Below, in pieces: positions 1 to 11,948 of a DNA stretch of 64,000 nt. Numbering within the stretch: the stretch's first letter is position 1; every line of letters begins with the position of its first letter. A model generated the notes under the pieces. It saw only the letters and a program-made list of their open reading frames with translations, searched no databases and was not told the DNA's origin. The translations under genes and the position numbers were made by a program. The stretch is from Psammoneis japonica (taxonomy: Eukaryota). The DNA lies in the NCBI GenBank assembly GCA_008632985.1, contig QPGO01000055.1:287100-351099 (forward strand), in the 5' to 3' direction.

Positions 1-741
1 GACCTGTGCACCCCAAGTCTGACATGACCAAGCTGCGCAAGCAGCTCTCAAGAATGAGCAAAGCCATGCTTGCCATGAGAACGAACAAACGTTGTTGTTG
101 TGCACGTCTGATGAGGCTGATGAGTGCACCCGCTCAACTCACCAAGAGTCATTTTTGACACATTCAACTTTTTTTGGAAGGAATGACACTTGTGATGCAT
201 TTGGATTTGTCATTGCTGTCATTGATTCAGCTGGCTGGTGCCAAGTTCGAGGCGCATGGAAAATGCCAAAACCTGCGGCGCTTGTGACAGACAGCACCTG
301 AGTTCTTTTTGTTGGCAGTCGTCAACGGCACTTCAAATGAATCTTTGCAACCAGTTGCTGGCCAGCATCAGAGTGGTGATTGAAGATGTGATGCAATGAC
401 ATGGCACTGAGGGTTGACAGGCAGCAAACTGCAGATGCGACAAAAAAGCAACTCGGCTCGGCGGTTCTTCAAAAACTGGTGTGACAGAGAACAGAGTGGA
501 GTTTTTCTTGATTGCCAAGGATCCAGTGCCATCTCCATGGTCCCATTTCCAATGACTGTGTCAGTCAGCGAAACTCTGCTCTTCAACATTTTATGACTCG
601 TGCTTGATGCCTGCCGCCATCCCGAGTCACTTGCACTTCTTGAGCCACCTTGTCTGGCCACCAGCTGCAGAGGAGAGCATCATGTAGAAGCACCCTCTGG
701 AGCAGCTGGAGCAGCCACCAGCAGCTGCTGCAGTGCCCTCT
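1..741. repeat. TpA-depleted, CpG-poor degenerate block (unidentified repeat/TE remnant), truncated by window start
   Basis: Only ~2 TA dinucleotides in 740 bp versus ~21 per 480 bp in the adjacent SLY1 exon; no recognisable ORF. Confidence 0.5.
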
Positions 742-1049
742 TTAGCTAGCTACTCTCTACAAGAACTGCTCTCTAGCTAGAGCAGAGGCTAGCTCCAGCA
801 GAGAGAGTGGAAACAGCGGCGAAGGTTTGGTCCGCGTCATCGATCGTCGGTCGGTGTTCGAGCTCCTTTATTGCGGCCGATAGCTCGTATGAGTCATTGC
901 TCTCGGCTCTCGGCCATGAGACTGCGACATTGTGAAGTGCCGCCGCCCCGACCTTATTACATCTCTACAAGTACCACCATTCCCGTTCTCTCGATTGAAT
1001 AAGTACAACTATAGAAGAGGCAGTGCCAACGAGCAACAATTCTTAGACC

Positions 1050-3095
1050 ATGTCTTCAGGGTCATTAAAGCCATCGCAGCTCGCTGCCGTTCATCGCATG
1101 TTGGCCTTCAACGAAAAGAGTATTCAGCCCATGGAGGACGGCGATGATTCGTACAGTCTTCCTCCTGCTGGTTCTTCTCATAATCAATGGAAGATTCTGA
1201 TTTATGACGCTCCATGTCGCAGTATCATCTCACCACTCATGAGCGTATCTCAGCTGAGGCGACGTGGAGTGACTCTTCATCTGCTGCTCGAGAGCGACCG
1301 AGAAGCCATTCCTGATGTACCGGCGGTGTACTTTATTCGACCGACTCGTGAAAATCTGCAGATTGTAGCTAGGGATTGTGCCAAGGGATTATACGAAAAG
1401 GTGCATTTGAACTTTTGTACCAAGCTTGATCGCAGCCTTATGGAAGAATTTGCAAAGCTCGTGGTACAAACGGGATCTCTCGATAAGATTGCGAGTGTGC
1501 ATGATCAGTACTTGGATTATGTTTGTTTGGAAAAGGACCTATTTTCGCTCTACAAGCCCAACTCCTACATTACCATCAATGGATCTAATGCGACAGACGC
1601 AATTATTGAAGACGCCATGAATGAGATCGCCTATGGGCTCTTTAGTGTTGTGGCGACTCTTGGACAGATCCCAATCATTCGTTGCCCAACGGTAAGTTTG
1701 CAGTTTGGTATACCTATCGACGTTTTAAGCCTCTTTTTACCTCATTATCTTTTGTTTTTCCAGGCTGGGGCACCAGAAATGGTGGCTCGTAAGCTGAACC
1801 GCATGATTGCTGAGCATCCTACACTGTTGCGCGGAAAGAACACAGCTGTCCAACATCGACCGCTTTTGGTCATTTTGGATCGTAATTCCGACTTGGTGAC
1901 ACCCTTGCAGCATACCTCTACCTACCAGGCGTTGATTGACGACTTGCTGCAGCATCGTGCGAATCGTGTCGAGTTCTCTGTCAAGGAAGAAGGCAAAAAG
2001 CCAATTGTGAAAAAGTATGATTTGGATCCCGATCAAGACCCCTTTTACGTGGCTCACAAGTTTCAACCATTCCCCGAAGCTATCGAGAGTAACGGGGTTG
2101 AACTAGAGCAAGTCACCACACGAGAGAAGGAAATCCGTTCCAAAACGGGGGGAGCGGCGACGGCAGCAGCAGCGGTGGTGCAGCATCATGAACCGGGTGC
2201 GTCGACGTCGGACCTGGCAACCGCTGTGGATTCGCTACCGGCATTGTTGGATCGGAAAAAGCAGCTCGAAATCCATACATCTATCCTTCAGGCCGTAATG
2301 AATGAAGTAGCAGCACGAGACGTGCCGCAGTTTTACGAACTGGAGAGCTCTCTTGCAACGGGGTCATTTAAGAACGATCTTGCCAAGGCCAAACAAGAAG
2401 TTACAGCGTTGGCTACTTCCAAGGGCAGCATTCAAGATAAAGTACGGTTGATTGCCACGTATTGCTTGGCTACAAAGGCTCCTAGCACGGACATTGACGA
2501 GGTTGTCGCGGCCATGAAGGAAGCACTGGAGGCACCCAGCGACAACGGTACAGGCCTGGATAAAGAGGGGCGCAAGCAATTGGAGACGGGTCTGCAGGGA
2601 ATCGAATACATCAAGAGACTCCGATCCATGCACATGATTTCGACCATGTCTGAAATGCAAGAGATATCCGGTAATTCCCCGTCCACGCAGAGTGACATGC
2701 TGTCTAGCTTTATGAAGAGTGCCACCAACCAAGCCACGGGTCTATTGGCTAAGGCGACAGAAAAGGTTGGAACCATGCTGGGTAAGATTCACAAACATCA
2801 CGCTACTCGAGTTGTGGAGAATTTATGTGATATGAAACCGAATTCTGAGGATGACGACTACCTGTATTTGGACCCCAAAATCAAGGGTGACGTCAACGTT
2901 GCTTCGCTACGAGGAAGCACCCCGCGTGCGCCCGTGTCCAAGGTCATATGTTTCATGATTGGTGGTGGCAGCTATGCTGAATACCAAAACCTTCAAATGG
3001 TGGCGTCGGATCGCCGAGTTGTTAGCTATGGATCGACGGAGTTGGTAGACGCCGGTGACTTTTTAAGCCAGCTTGGACAACTGGCTGAACAATAA
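1050..3095 (+). CDS. SLY1: Sec1/Munc18 family protein, Sly1 type; one 72-nt in-frame intron (1692-1763)
   Basis: WKILIYD, LRRRGVTLHL, IPDVPAVYF, RPLLVILDR, TYQALIDD, GGGSYAEYQNL, YGSTE motifs; GTAAGT...CCAG intron whose removal gives RCPT-AGAPEMVA. Confidence 0.95.
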   Translation: MSSGSLKPSQLAAVHRMLAFNEKSIQPMEDGDDSYSLPPAGSSHNQWKILIYDAPCRSIISPLMSVSQLRRRGVTLHLLLESDREAIPDVPAVYFIRPTRENLQIVARDCAKGLYEKVHLNFCTKLDRSLMEEFAKLVVQTGSLDKIASVHDQYLDYVCLEKDLFSLYKPNSYITINGSNATDAIIEDAMNEIAYGLFSVVATLGQIPIIRCPTVSLQFGIPIDVLSLFLPHYLLFFQAGAPEMVARKLNRMIAEHPTLLRGKNTAVQHRPLLVILDRNSDLVTPLQHTSTYQALIDDLLQHRANRVEFSVKEEGKKPIVKKYDLDPDQDPFYVAHKFQPFPEAIESNGVELEQVTTREKEIRSKTGGAATAAAAVVQHHEPGASTSDLATAVDSLPALLDRKKQLEIHTSILQAVMNEVAARDVPQFYELESSLATGSFKNDLAKAKQEVTALATSKGSIQDKVRLIATYCLATKAPSTDIDEVVAAMKEALEAPSDNGTGLDKEGRKQLETGLQGIEYIKRLRSMHMISTMSEMQEISGNSPSTQSDMLSSFMKSATNQATGLLAKATEKVGTMLGKIHKHHATRVVENLCDMKPNSEDDDYLYLDPKIKGDVNVASLRGSTPRAPVSKVICFMIGGGSYAEYQNLQMVASDRRVVSYGSTELVDAGDFLSQLGQLAEQ

Positions 3096-3185
3096 GTTTC
3101 TACATAGTGAAAGACTGAAAGGAAAATTATTGCGCAGACAACAATACAGCTTTGTTCTTGTCATAAGTGTAGTAGGTAGTCCCCT

Positions 3186-5982
3186 CTAGTCCTCGGAAGA
3201 AGCCTTCTCGTTTATCGGCTGGAATTGATTTTGCTCTTCTGCTTTTTTCAACCTCTCCTTGAGCCGCTTCTGTTCATCTAACAGTGCTCTGTTTTGATCC
3301 TGAAGAAGATTCCGCGTGCTCGGATGTGCCACAACCTTTATGCCAAAGTCTTCCGAAGGCGTACTCACTGAATCGCGTCTAATTCCACTAATGAAAGGGC
3401 CGGAACCCTCCTCTGTGCTGGTTGTTTCTCTTCCCGTCATGGTACTGACATGACTTCGGACAACATGACTGGCCTTTTTAAATTTGCCGCGGCGATGGTA
3501 AATCACCTTGGGAACGAAAACGAGCAACATCACCGACATGCAGCACACAAAGACAAGCATCATCAAGACAAAGTACCGTGCACTAGGATCATCCCAGGTG
3601 ATAACCATGATGGGAATGCCGTAAAGACAAGCCAGTAAGAACACACCAATGGCTCGACCAATATAGGTGCTCTCAGAAAACTCCAGGGCAATGTCTCGTG
3701 CTTGGTATGCTTGGAATGCAGCCACAGCAAGTGCACCCAAATTCAAAACGGCAAGTACAGTGGCAAACGCGGCGAGGGAGCCCGAGTCGCAGCGCCCTTC
3801 TGTTTCGACGGTTTGTCCAAACACGTCAACTTGTGTTACCTCGCGTTTCCATTCCAATGGGTCCAATCCAGTCCATAAAGCAAGAATGAGCACGTCGACC
3901 AACAAAAGAGCTATCAAAGGCGCCATCACGTCAAATGCTGTCACTTTCACTCGTTTCAACGAACAGTTGTGAAATATCTTGTTGATCCGCCATGTCTTGC
4001 TGAACAAAGCGGAAAAGCTGAGAGCAAATCCTAGAACAACCAACCATGGCGTGCATACGCAGGCTATGCTGCATCCGTTGACACTAGCAATTTTATCGTC
4101 GATACTCAAGGGAATGATTGCCGACCTTGTGGAGTAAGAAGGCGAGGAATGAAATGAGTAACGTTCAGAGTGCGACAAAATGGCACAGTCGAGCAAGTAG
4201 ACATTCTGAAACGTACCCCATCAACAAGACACCCCCGCAAATAAAGAGCAGAAAGATGGGCTGCGATGCTTTTACAACTTTGGTGTTTTGATTTCGGATC
4301 GTCCACGCCCCAAACGCAATGGAAAGAAAAATCGTCACAGCCGAAAAAGCAAAACCAATGCCGCGAATTCCTGGCTTAATGTAATTGTTATCCACTTTGA
4401 TTTCTGGAAGCGATGAAGGCATGTTGGAAGTTCCATCACCAAATGTATAAGGCGTCAAACTCTCCCACGCCCCATCTCGAAAGAGATCTGTCTGTACTGT
4501 TTCAAAGGTGACTTTTCCTGTTGCATTGTCATTTCGTTGCACAAAATTGAGCAGCTGAAAGTAAGTAGAGGAAGGATCACGTGACCCAGTGGCTGGCTCA
4601 ATCACGGAGCGACCAGAAGCACCGACAAAGTTTGATTTCAGAATATGCTCGTAATGAGCCGTTCCGTTAAAGTACGTTCCTCCATCGTTCGCCGCACAAG
4701 CCGCCAATCCCATGGCGATTGTAGCATCGTGGAGAAACACGGCATTCGGCCCAAGATCCGAGGCCTGAAAAATCCTCTCGACTTTAAGCGGCTCATAGTT
4801 AGGTTCTCCCTCATACACGGGATGTTTCGACTGCAAGAACTGCATATGATTGGGGTGATTCTGAAACTCTTGAACACCCGACAACAATCCATCATACGAT
4901 GCTGTACCGGGTAGACCCGGCTGAACAAGTAGCATGGAGCTGCCTCTAGCTGCAACTGCCAGTGGAGAATCTGAGCTTTCGTATTCTCGGGCGGTTATGC
5001 TTTCGGCATACAAGCTGTCGGTGTAGATCCAGACATAGTCATCTCCAGCGATGCCCTGGTGGTACGCTTCTGTGAGCAGTCGCTCGTAGATTTTCGGTCC
5101 ATCAATTATGGCAAAAATGTACCGAAACTGCGTATTTTGGAGAAAGGCGATAGCAGTCTGCATATCTTCATCCGTGATAATGTTGATGGGAACATCGATC
5201 GACTTAATGCTCATAGAAGGGGCGTGTATTGTTGCTGCTTTCTGAAGAGAAGCGAGAAAAGCATTTGCATAAGGATTGTTTGAATGTACAACCGCCAAAT
5301 GGTTTGTCTTGATGACATCTCTCAAATAGATGATGACAGGTATGGCGGTTCCATCGTCAGAAGGTATGAGTCGACTAAAGAGCCTGTATTGGCTTCGATC
5401 GCCCAGTTGACTGGAGGTTGAAATTCCAGACATTTGTGCATAGTCCTGTACACCTGTAAATACAGCCATTGGCATGGTGATCGCAGATCGAGCCGCCCCC
5501 AGAAAAGCACAGGGCGTTTGAGGCGATATTTTGTTTGGTTCTCGCGCCAACACTTCAATCAAACTGTTGATGGTGGAGGTTTGGTAGTGCTCGGTATCAA
5601 ATATTTCAAAGGTAAATCGAACGTCACACGTTTCGTTGAGTCCCTGTACTTCTGGGACCACACTACCGTCTCCCCAATTCAGATGCATCATTGCAAGATG
5701 AATCGCTGCCGCGCCCTCAAAGGGTCCCTGGAATTCAAAGGGTTTTCTGGGTTAATCAGGACTGTTGAAAAATGAGAACGGGTAATAATACGGGATGTGG
5801 CAGTGGGCAAAAGTTTTGTTCTGTGCGGTGGTCACGATATCCACGTTGTTCACTCTCGTTACTTTCACAGCGTCTTGGCGGAGCTGCTCGAAATAGTCGG
5901 GCGGCATGGATGTATCCATAGAAAGAATCCGTCTCTGAAAGCCAGAGTCGTCCTGAAGGGAGGAATAACTTCTCGTTTTCAT
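3186..5982 (-). CDS. Class C (GABA-B-like) GPCR: ANF-receptor-type ectodomain + 7TM; intron 4126-4216; in-frame TAA at 5752-5754 (possible pseudogene or later start)
   Basis: GAARS, YRLFSRLIPSD, FVGASG, VVKASQPIFL, FSALFSKTWRIN, EFSESTYI, LVFVPK; splicing GTACGT...ACAAG joins LLMG-SAIIP. Confidence 0.88.
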
Positions 5983-6138
5983 ACCGATGTCTTCTTATAG
6001 GCTTTGCTTGCGCTATCTATCTATGAGATTGGTACCCGAATGATTTGTTGTTTCTGTCTTTACATAAATCGCTGGAACATATGGTACAGTAAAGCTGAAC
6101 AAATAAAATATGAAAATGATACTGTACCTCATCTCTCG

Positions 6139-7046
6139 GCATTTTTTTCACCTGGTGTGGGCAGCAGGTTTTGATTAACTCGACTCGAGCGAAGCGAGAG
6201 TCATGTCACAAAAGCAACCCGGATGTTAAAGTGGGGAGAACTGACAACAACTGCACAAGCAACCATCATCAAAGGCAGCTGCACTCAAGGACAAGGGACA
6301 AGGGACAACGTGTGAAGCAAAATGCAACATGCAGACAAGGAGCTTGTGCAGAAACAAAATGTCCAGCCACACCAGCACCAGTGGAGGAGGCCACAAGAGG
6401 AGGCAGAGCAACACGAGGAGGAAGCAAGAAGAGAGAAGCCGCCAAAGGGGACAAGAGCCTGCACAGAGGACAGCGGCATGTGCTGTGCCTTGAAGAACCG
6501 GGTGGAAGGGGTGAAGAGAATGCCAAAAGGGGAAATTGTGAGACTCTGTTTTGGGAGCTGAAAGCAAGCAGTTGTGAGATGCTTTGCAGCACAACCCAGC
6601 AAAAGCTCGCATTGCTGCCCAGGCAGGCCAGCCAAGAATCTCTGTGTGTTGTCCATGACCAAGCAGCAGCACCCTGAAAAGTGTTTTCAACACCACTTTG
6701 GGGTGTGACCCAGTTGTCATTGAGAGCTGTGCCTTGCAAAAAACTGCTCCAGTGCTTGTCAGCGAATCTCCGAGCATGTTTGCGAAAGCACCGGAGCTTG
6801 CTGAAGATGTCTCTCTGCTGCTGTGTGCTGCTTCTGTCAAATGAGAGCACAAGCATGTGCTCCATGACCTCTTTGCAGAGCTGGGCAATTGTCTTTGCAG
6901 CTTTGGTGTTTGGTGCAGAGCTCCCAGCACAGTGCTTTGCTGTGGCACCAAAACAAGGTCATGGGCAAGAGCAGCAGTGTCAGCAGCAAAAAGCAGCTCT
7001 GTTGTGTGTTGGAGCAGCAAGCAGCCAGAGCAACAACAACAAAAAG
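6139..7046 (+). repeat. Copy 1 of ~0.9 kb direct repeat (period ~1677 bp), TpA-depleted
   Basis: Near-identical to 7817-8722; differences mostly transitions plus a few small indels. Confidence 0.95.
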
Positions 7047-7600
7047 AAAAGATGAAAAGAGCAGAAGCTCACAAGCATGCAGCATCTGAGGTGCCCAGAA
7101 ATGATCTCCAGTGCATGCCAGCACAAGACAAGCAGCGGCAAAAGCAGGGGGTGAGAAAACAAAGGCTTGCTTTGATGAGGATGGCATGGGGGCAAAGTCA
7201 AGAAGCCACACAGAGAGAAGCAAGCCAACTTGGTGCAGTCTTGGCACCAGGTGGTGGCTCAAGAATGCACATCATCGTGCACAGCCACTGCTTGTGAGGT
7301 GCCAGCCAAGAGCAGCAGCAGCAGTGCTGGCCAGCTCCCAGGAGCTGCCAGAGCTCAGAGAGCCGGCCCCCTGCATTGTCAACTCAAAACACTTGCAAAA
7401 GAAGAAACAACAACAGAGAGACAGGAAGCAAGCAACAGCTGACAACAGCAATTCTTTCTGCTTGGGATGCCATCACATTTTCTATGTTCACTGTCCTGGT
7501 TGCTTGCATCAGACTGGCGACATTTGTGCCACAAGATCCGTCTTCTCCGTGCGCACTGCAACGCGGCGGTTTAAAGCTGTGTTCGACTAACTTGATTAAA
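6168..7600 (+). mobile_element. Putative non-autonomous rolling-circle (Helitron/Helentron-like) element
   Basis: 5' hairpin GACTC-GA-GCGAAGC-GA-GAGTC (6182-6202) after a T-run; 3' imperfect hairpin AACGCGGC..GCTGTGTT (7560-7583) followed by CTAA; no TIR/TSD or coding capacity. Confidence 0.35.
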
Positions 7601-7816
7601 ATGACAAAGGGCAATGTGTGATGACTCAAAAAAGCACCCCGTCAAGCAAGTAAAAATTCGCCTTTGTGTGCGGTGTAACCTTGTCACATCCTCCGCCTCA
7701 CGCACGGCACAAAATTTGCACCACGCGTGAGGCGCAATCACTCAGAGGATGACCTTCCACGTCAGCGTTGTCATTGTGTGCGGCATCCCACACTGTTTGA
7801 CGACCTGCCCATCTCA

Positions 7817-8722
7817 GCATTTTTTCACCTGGTGTGGGCAGCAGGTTTTGATTAACTCGACTCGAGCGAAGCGAGAGTCATGTCACAAAAGCAACCCAGA
7901 TGTTAAAGTGGGGAGAACTGACAACAACTGCACAAGCAACCATCATCAAAGGCAGCTGCACTCAAGGACAAGGGACAAGGGACAACATGTGAAGCAAAAT
8001 GCAACATGCAGACAAGGAGCTTGTGCAGAAACAAAATGTCTAGCCACACCAGCACCAGTGGAGGAGGCCACAAGAGGAGGCAGAGCAACACGAGGAGGAA
8101 GCAAGAAGAGAGAAGCTGCCAAAGGGGACAAGAGCCTGCACAGAGGACAGCGGCATGTGCTGTGCCTTGAAGAACCGGGTGGAAGGGGTGAAGAGAATGC
8201 CAAAAGGGGAAATTGTGAGACTCTGTTTTGGGAGCTGAAAGCAAGCAGTTGTGAGATGCTTTGCAGCACAACCCAGCAAAAGCTCACATTGCTGCCCAGG
8301 CAGGCCAGCCAAGAATCTCTGTGTGTTGTCCATGACCAAGCAGCAGCACCCTGAAAAGTGTTTTCAACACCACTTTGGGGTGTGACCCAGTTGTCATTGA
8401 GAGCTGTGCCTTGCAAAAAACTGCTCCAGTGCTTGTCAGTGAATCTCCGAGCATGTGCGAAAGCACCGGAGCTTGCCAAAGATGTCTCTCTGCTGCTGTG
8501 CGCTGCTTCTGTCAAATGAGAGCACAAGCATGTGCTCCATGACCTCTTTGCAGAGCTGGGCAATTGTCTTTGCAGCTTTGGTGTTTGGTGCAGAGCTCCC
8601 AGCACAGTGCTTTGCTGTGGCACCAACAAGGTCATGGGCAAGAGCATCAGCAGTGTCAGCAGCAAAAAGCAGCTCTGCTGTGTGTTGGAGCAGCAAGCAG
8701 CCAGAGCAACAACAACAAAAAG
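7817..8722 (+). repeat. Copy 2 of ~0.9 kb direct repeat, abutting the 3' part of the DUF6824-like gene
   Basis: Direct alignment to 6139-7046, including hairpin at 7859-7879. Confidence 0.95.
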
Positions 8723-8729
8723 CAAGAAA

Positions 8730-9620
8730 GACTGGCATGAGTGGATGCCGTAGAAGAAGGGGTGCGTCTCACCAAACATGTCGGCGAGCGCGGCCTTTCT
8801 CTCTGTTTCAGTCAAGTGTGTTTTTTCGCGTTGCGCATCTTCCGACGTGAACCGTGGCAAATCACCGTCCGTCAAAATGGAAAGCAGCTGCTCTGCGGCT
8901 TCGCATTCCTCCTTGCTGTAGCTCACTTTGTCAGCTGCTCCTGGTTGTCGAGAATTGTCAGGAACAGCCGGATCTGAAACCTTCTCGAGATCTTTCATCT
9001 CGCGTTTCCGGTGTTCAAGGTCGCATTCACTCGCTTTCGGAAGTTTCCGGTCTTCAAGTGGAGGATCTGGCTGTTTGACTGTGGGTGTGTTGCTGTGGCA
9101 TCCTTGGAACCAATGTCCTGTCATCATGAACGGAAACCATGCATGGCCCTGTGGTGTGTTTTTCGCAGCTGTTAGGGGGGAGGCGCCATGCGGAAGGGTG
9201 GGTGCAATGGCTCCTGCTGGGTGCACAAAGGCTGCAGCTTCACTCGATGCTGACCGACTCTGCTTTCGCCATGTATCTCTTAAGGCCTGCTTTATCTTTT
9301 TGAGCAGTTCGTCCACCTCTGTTTCTGCGAAACAAGCCGATGCTGTCCCTGCATGCCCGAGCCTCTCCGCTTCAGCCGGTGAAAGCTGCCGTAAGAATCG
9401 CCCTCCTTTCCCACCAACGGAGCTGATAAATCACGATTTCGATATCGTCCTTGGAATCCAACTTTGTCGCCACATTATAATCGTTCGCTCGCTGACGAAG
9501 GAGAGAATGGTAGCTTTTCGTTCCAGTGAGTTCTCTGGCTCGCGATCCACGCCCAAGAAGCACGTCGTGTTCATTCAACTCTGTGATGATCTGAGGCTTC
9601 TTCTTTTCCGAATTACTCAT
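8730..9620 (-). pseudogene. DUF6824-like diatom protein, frameshifted near 9430-9445 and 3'-truncated by the repeat
   Basis: HDVLLGRG in one frame; GGRFL...KKIKQALRD in another; reading frame runs into the repeat at ~8730. Confidence 0.7.
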
Positions 9621-10155
9621 AATCGAACAAGGCCTGCACTCCCATTCGGCTCCGCTTATTTGTGCTGGCAAAGCGGGTATCAGGGTATAATAGCGAATGA
9701 ATAAGCGACGCCGCACCGCCATGATAGATGATAACACCGGTAGCCTTCAGCCTCTCAGTCGCGCGATAATAACACGTACTGTCTGCTCAGGGGTACATCA
9801 GTCGAGTGCATTGTGCTGACATCGATAGAGCTACTCTCTACTCTAGCTACTACTGTAGCTCTAGTCTAGCTAAGAGTACGAGGAAGCATAACGTCAACAA
9901 CATCACATTATACTCTCTCTATACCGGTAGACAGTGTAATGGTATTTTGATTATAATGACATAAGTGCAGCCATAGTAGGAAGCACAGAAAAGATACGAA
10001 TACTTTCTAGTTTCTAGGTCTTGCAAGAATCGGTATGAAAACAATAAACTTCTTTACTGTTGGTTTTCAGTGCCATAGTTCAGAAAGTCAATTCAAGCTG
10101 TGCCGCTACCGGGTGCTGCTGAACGGCCTTGGAAAAGGTAACGGACCCGCCTTCT

Positions 10156-11042
10156 CTAGGCCCTGCCTCCATTCCATTTACCAGTATATCCACGTGCTCT
10201 TAAAAATTCAATGATTCTCTGTCTCAACTCCACACCCACCACCCCGTATTCTCCTTTAGTAATGCCTCTGTCACTTGCTTTGCTCAGCGTCTGATTGTAT
10301 CTCTTCACAAAGGCATCTTCAGACTGAGCTGTCCTTCCGTTGTTCTGTCTTGCACAAAAGCACATGTCCTTCCCCATAAAAATATGTCGGAAATCAAAAA
10401 TGACAGATAGAATTTTACCGATCATTTCCTTTTCCCGGGAAGTCTGATTAGCACCTACTTGGAGAGCCCGGGTCCTTGTCTCCTTGTCTGAAGCGTCATC
10501 GAAAAGTACCGACTTCCTATCACAGCCCCTGCAATGTAAGAATCGAATGTTCCTTTCCGTTTGCAAGACGAGAGGCCTTTGACATGCTCATACTCAGGTT
10601 GGGAGTCACCATCTTGATCTGTCTTGATATTTTTTGTTGTTGAATGTGCAGCAATCGTCTTTTCGGGATTAGGCTTCGGTTCAGCTGGGGCGACTTCTTT
10701 GGGCGTTGTCTTCTTAGCTACAGTCGTTGCCGCCGTCACTGTGATACCTGCTCCAGCTCTGTCTGTTTCTTTGGGCTTCGATTGGTAGATTTCCTTCGAC
10801 GATGCTGTTTGAGGTAATTGGTTGACATTGGAAGAGACGGCCTTGGAAGACGGCGTAGGCGCAGCAACTGTCTCGCCCTCAGACGATGAACTGGAGCCAC
10901 TGCTGCTACTGCTACTACTGCTGCTGCTGCTGCTGGAACCACTACTACCGGACCAACTGCTGCTGGACTCAACATAAGCGATTTCAACAAAAACACACAG
11001 CAGCAGTGCGAAGAGGGCGGTTCCTTGGCATCGATATTTCAT
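10156..11042 (-). CDS. Secreted Ser/Thr/Pro/Lys-rich protein of unknown function; 3' exon structure uncertain
   Basis: ATG at 11042, signal-peptide-like MKYRCQGTALFALLLCVFVEIAYVES, poly-Ser tract; overlapping ORFs 10455-11180 and 10156-10566. Confidence 0.55.
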
Positions 11043-11453
11043 CTTGCTGTCTCTGTTTGTGTTTTTCTTTATCACAACCGCTTTTCGTGTTTTGTTCCGT
11101 GTTCGTGAATTCGTGACGGGCCTGTCGAGTGGCCGCATGCCAGAGAAATACAGTAAGCCCCACCTTTGTCTTGTCTCCATACATAATAATCAATAATCCC
11201 ATTCAAAGATGACTTTGCGATGACTTCAATGCGAAGGGCTTATATATTTGAAATCCCAATCAAATAGGACAGTACGTCTAAATGTCTCTATAAAAAGGCC
11301 AGCTTCATAAAATGAGAAGGGCTTGTTTTTTTCTTGTGTTAGTGACTGTGACTTGTGAAGTGCTCTTTTAAAAAGCCTTGTCATTTCGACAATGCTGTGT
11401 CCCACAACTTAGCACCGGTACTGTGCTACTTTATCAGTCATTCTCTAGAGAGG

Positions 11454-11635
11454 TGAATGAGATAGGCACATGTGCTTTATGACCAAGTGTGCCCTCTCTG
11501 ATGTGTGCATGTCAACTGGCGCATTGGATGTTCAGGAAGCCGTCAGAAATCAGCTCCGATCAGTGATTGTGCTGATCGGGTCTCTTCTCGGTTCTCCCAC
11601 AACTTTTGTCAAGTCATCTCAAGCTAGATCTTGCA
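11454..11635 (+). repeat. Gypsy 5' LTR
   Basis: Ungapped match to 16941-17122 with 25 differences, all transitions. Confidence 0.95.
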
Positions 11636-11948
11636 CTGCAATTGCAGTCGTTGTTGCGGCTTGTTTGCTGCATTGTCAATTTTGTGACAACGCGAAGAGT
11701 GTTGTCGAGAAGAGAGAAAATTTGTTTGCGAGCTTGTGCAGAAAAATTCATTCGAAGTCGATCAGAACCGCAGCACAATTGTGCTCGTGAAATTGGCGAT
11801 TCGGATCAGCATTTGTTTGAACTCAAATCTCGCATTGCTGCTCTTGAATTCGTCATTGTTTGGTTGTTGATTGTTCTCGTTGTGTGGATCAATTGGGAAC
11901 GTTTTGTTTCATTCATCTTGTGGATTGTTGATTGTTTGATCGCTGAAA

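Noticed and set aside
1692..1763. 24-aa hydrophobic insertion in Sly1
   Set aside because: It is a stop-free in-frame GT-AG intron.
7946..9316. 456-aa ORF as a novel fusion protein
   Set aside because: Read-through of the broken DUF6824-like gene into stop-poor repeat sequence.
11793..11810. TGGCGATTCGG as the Gypsy PBS
   Set aside because: It lies ~160 bp from the LTR end defined by TG...CA symmetry and the AGAGG TSD; it cannot be matched to a tRNA without a search.
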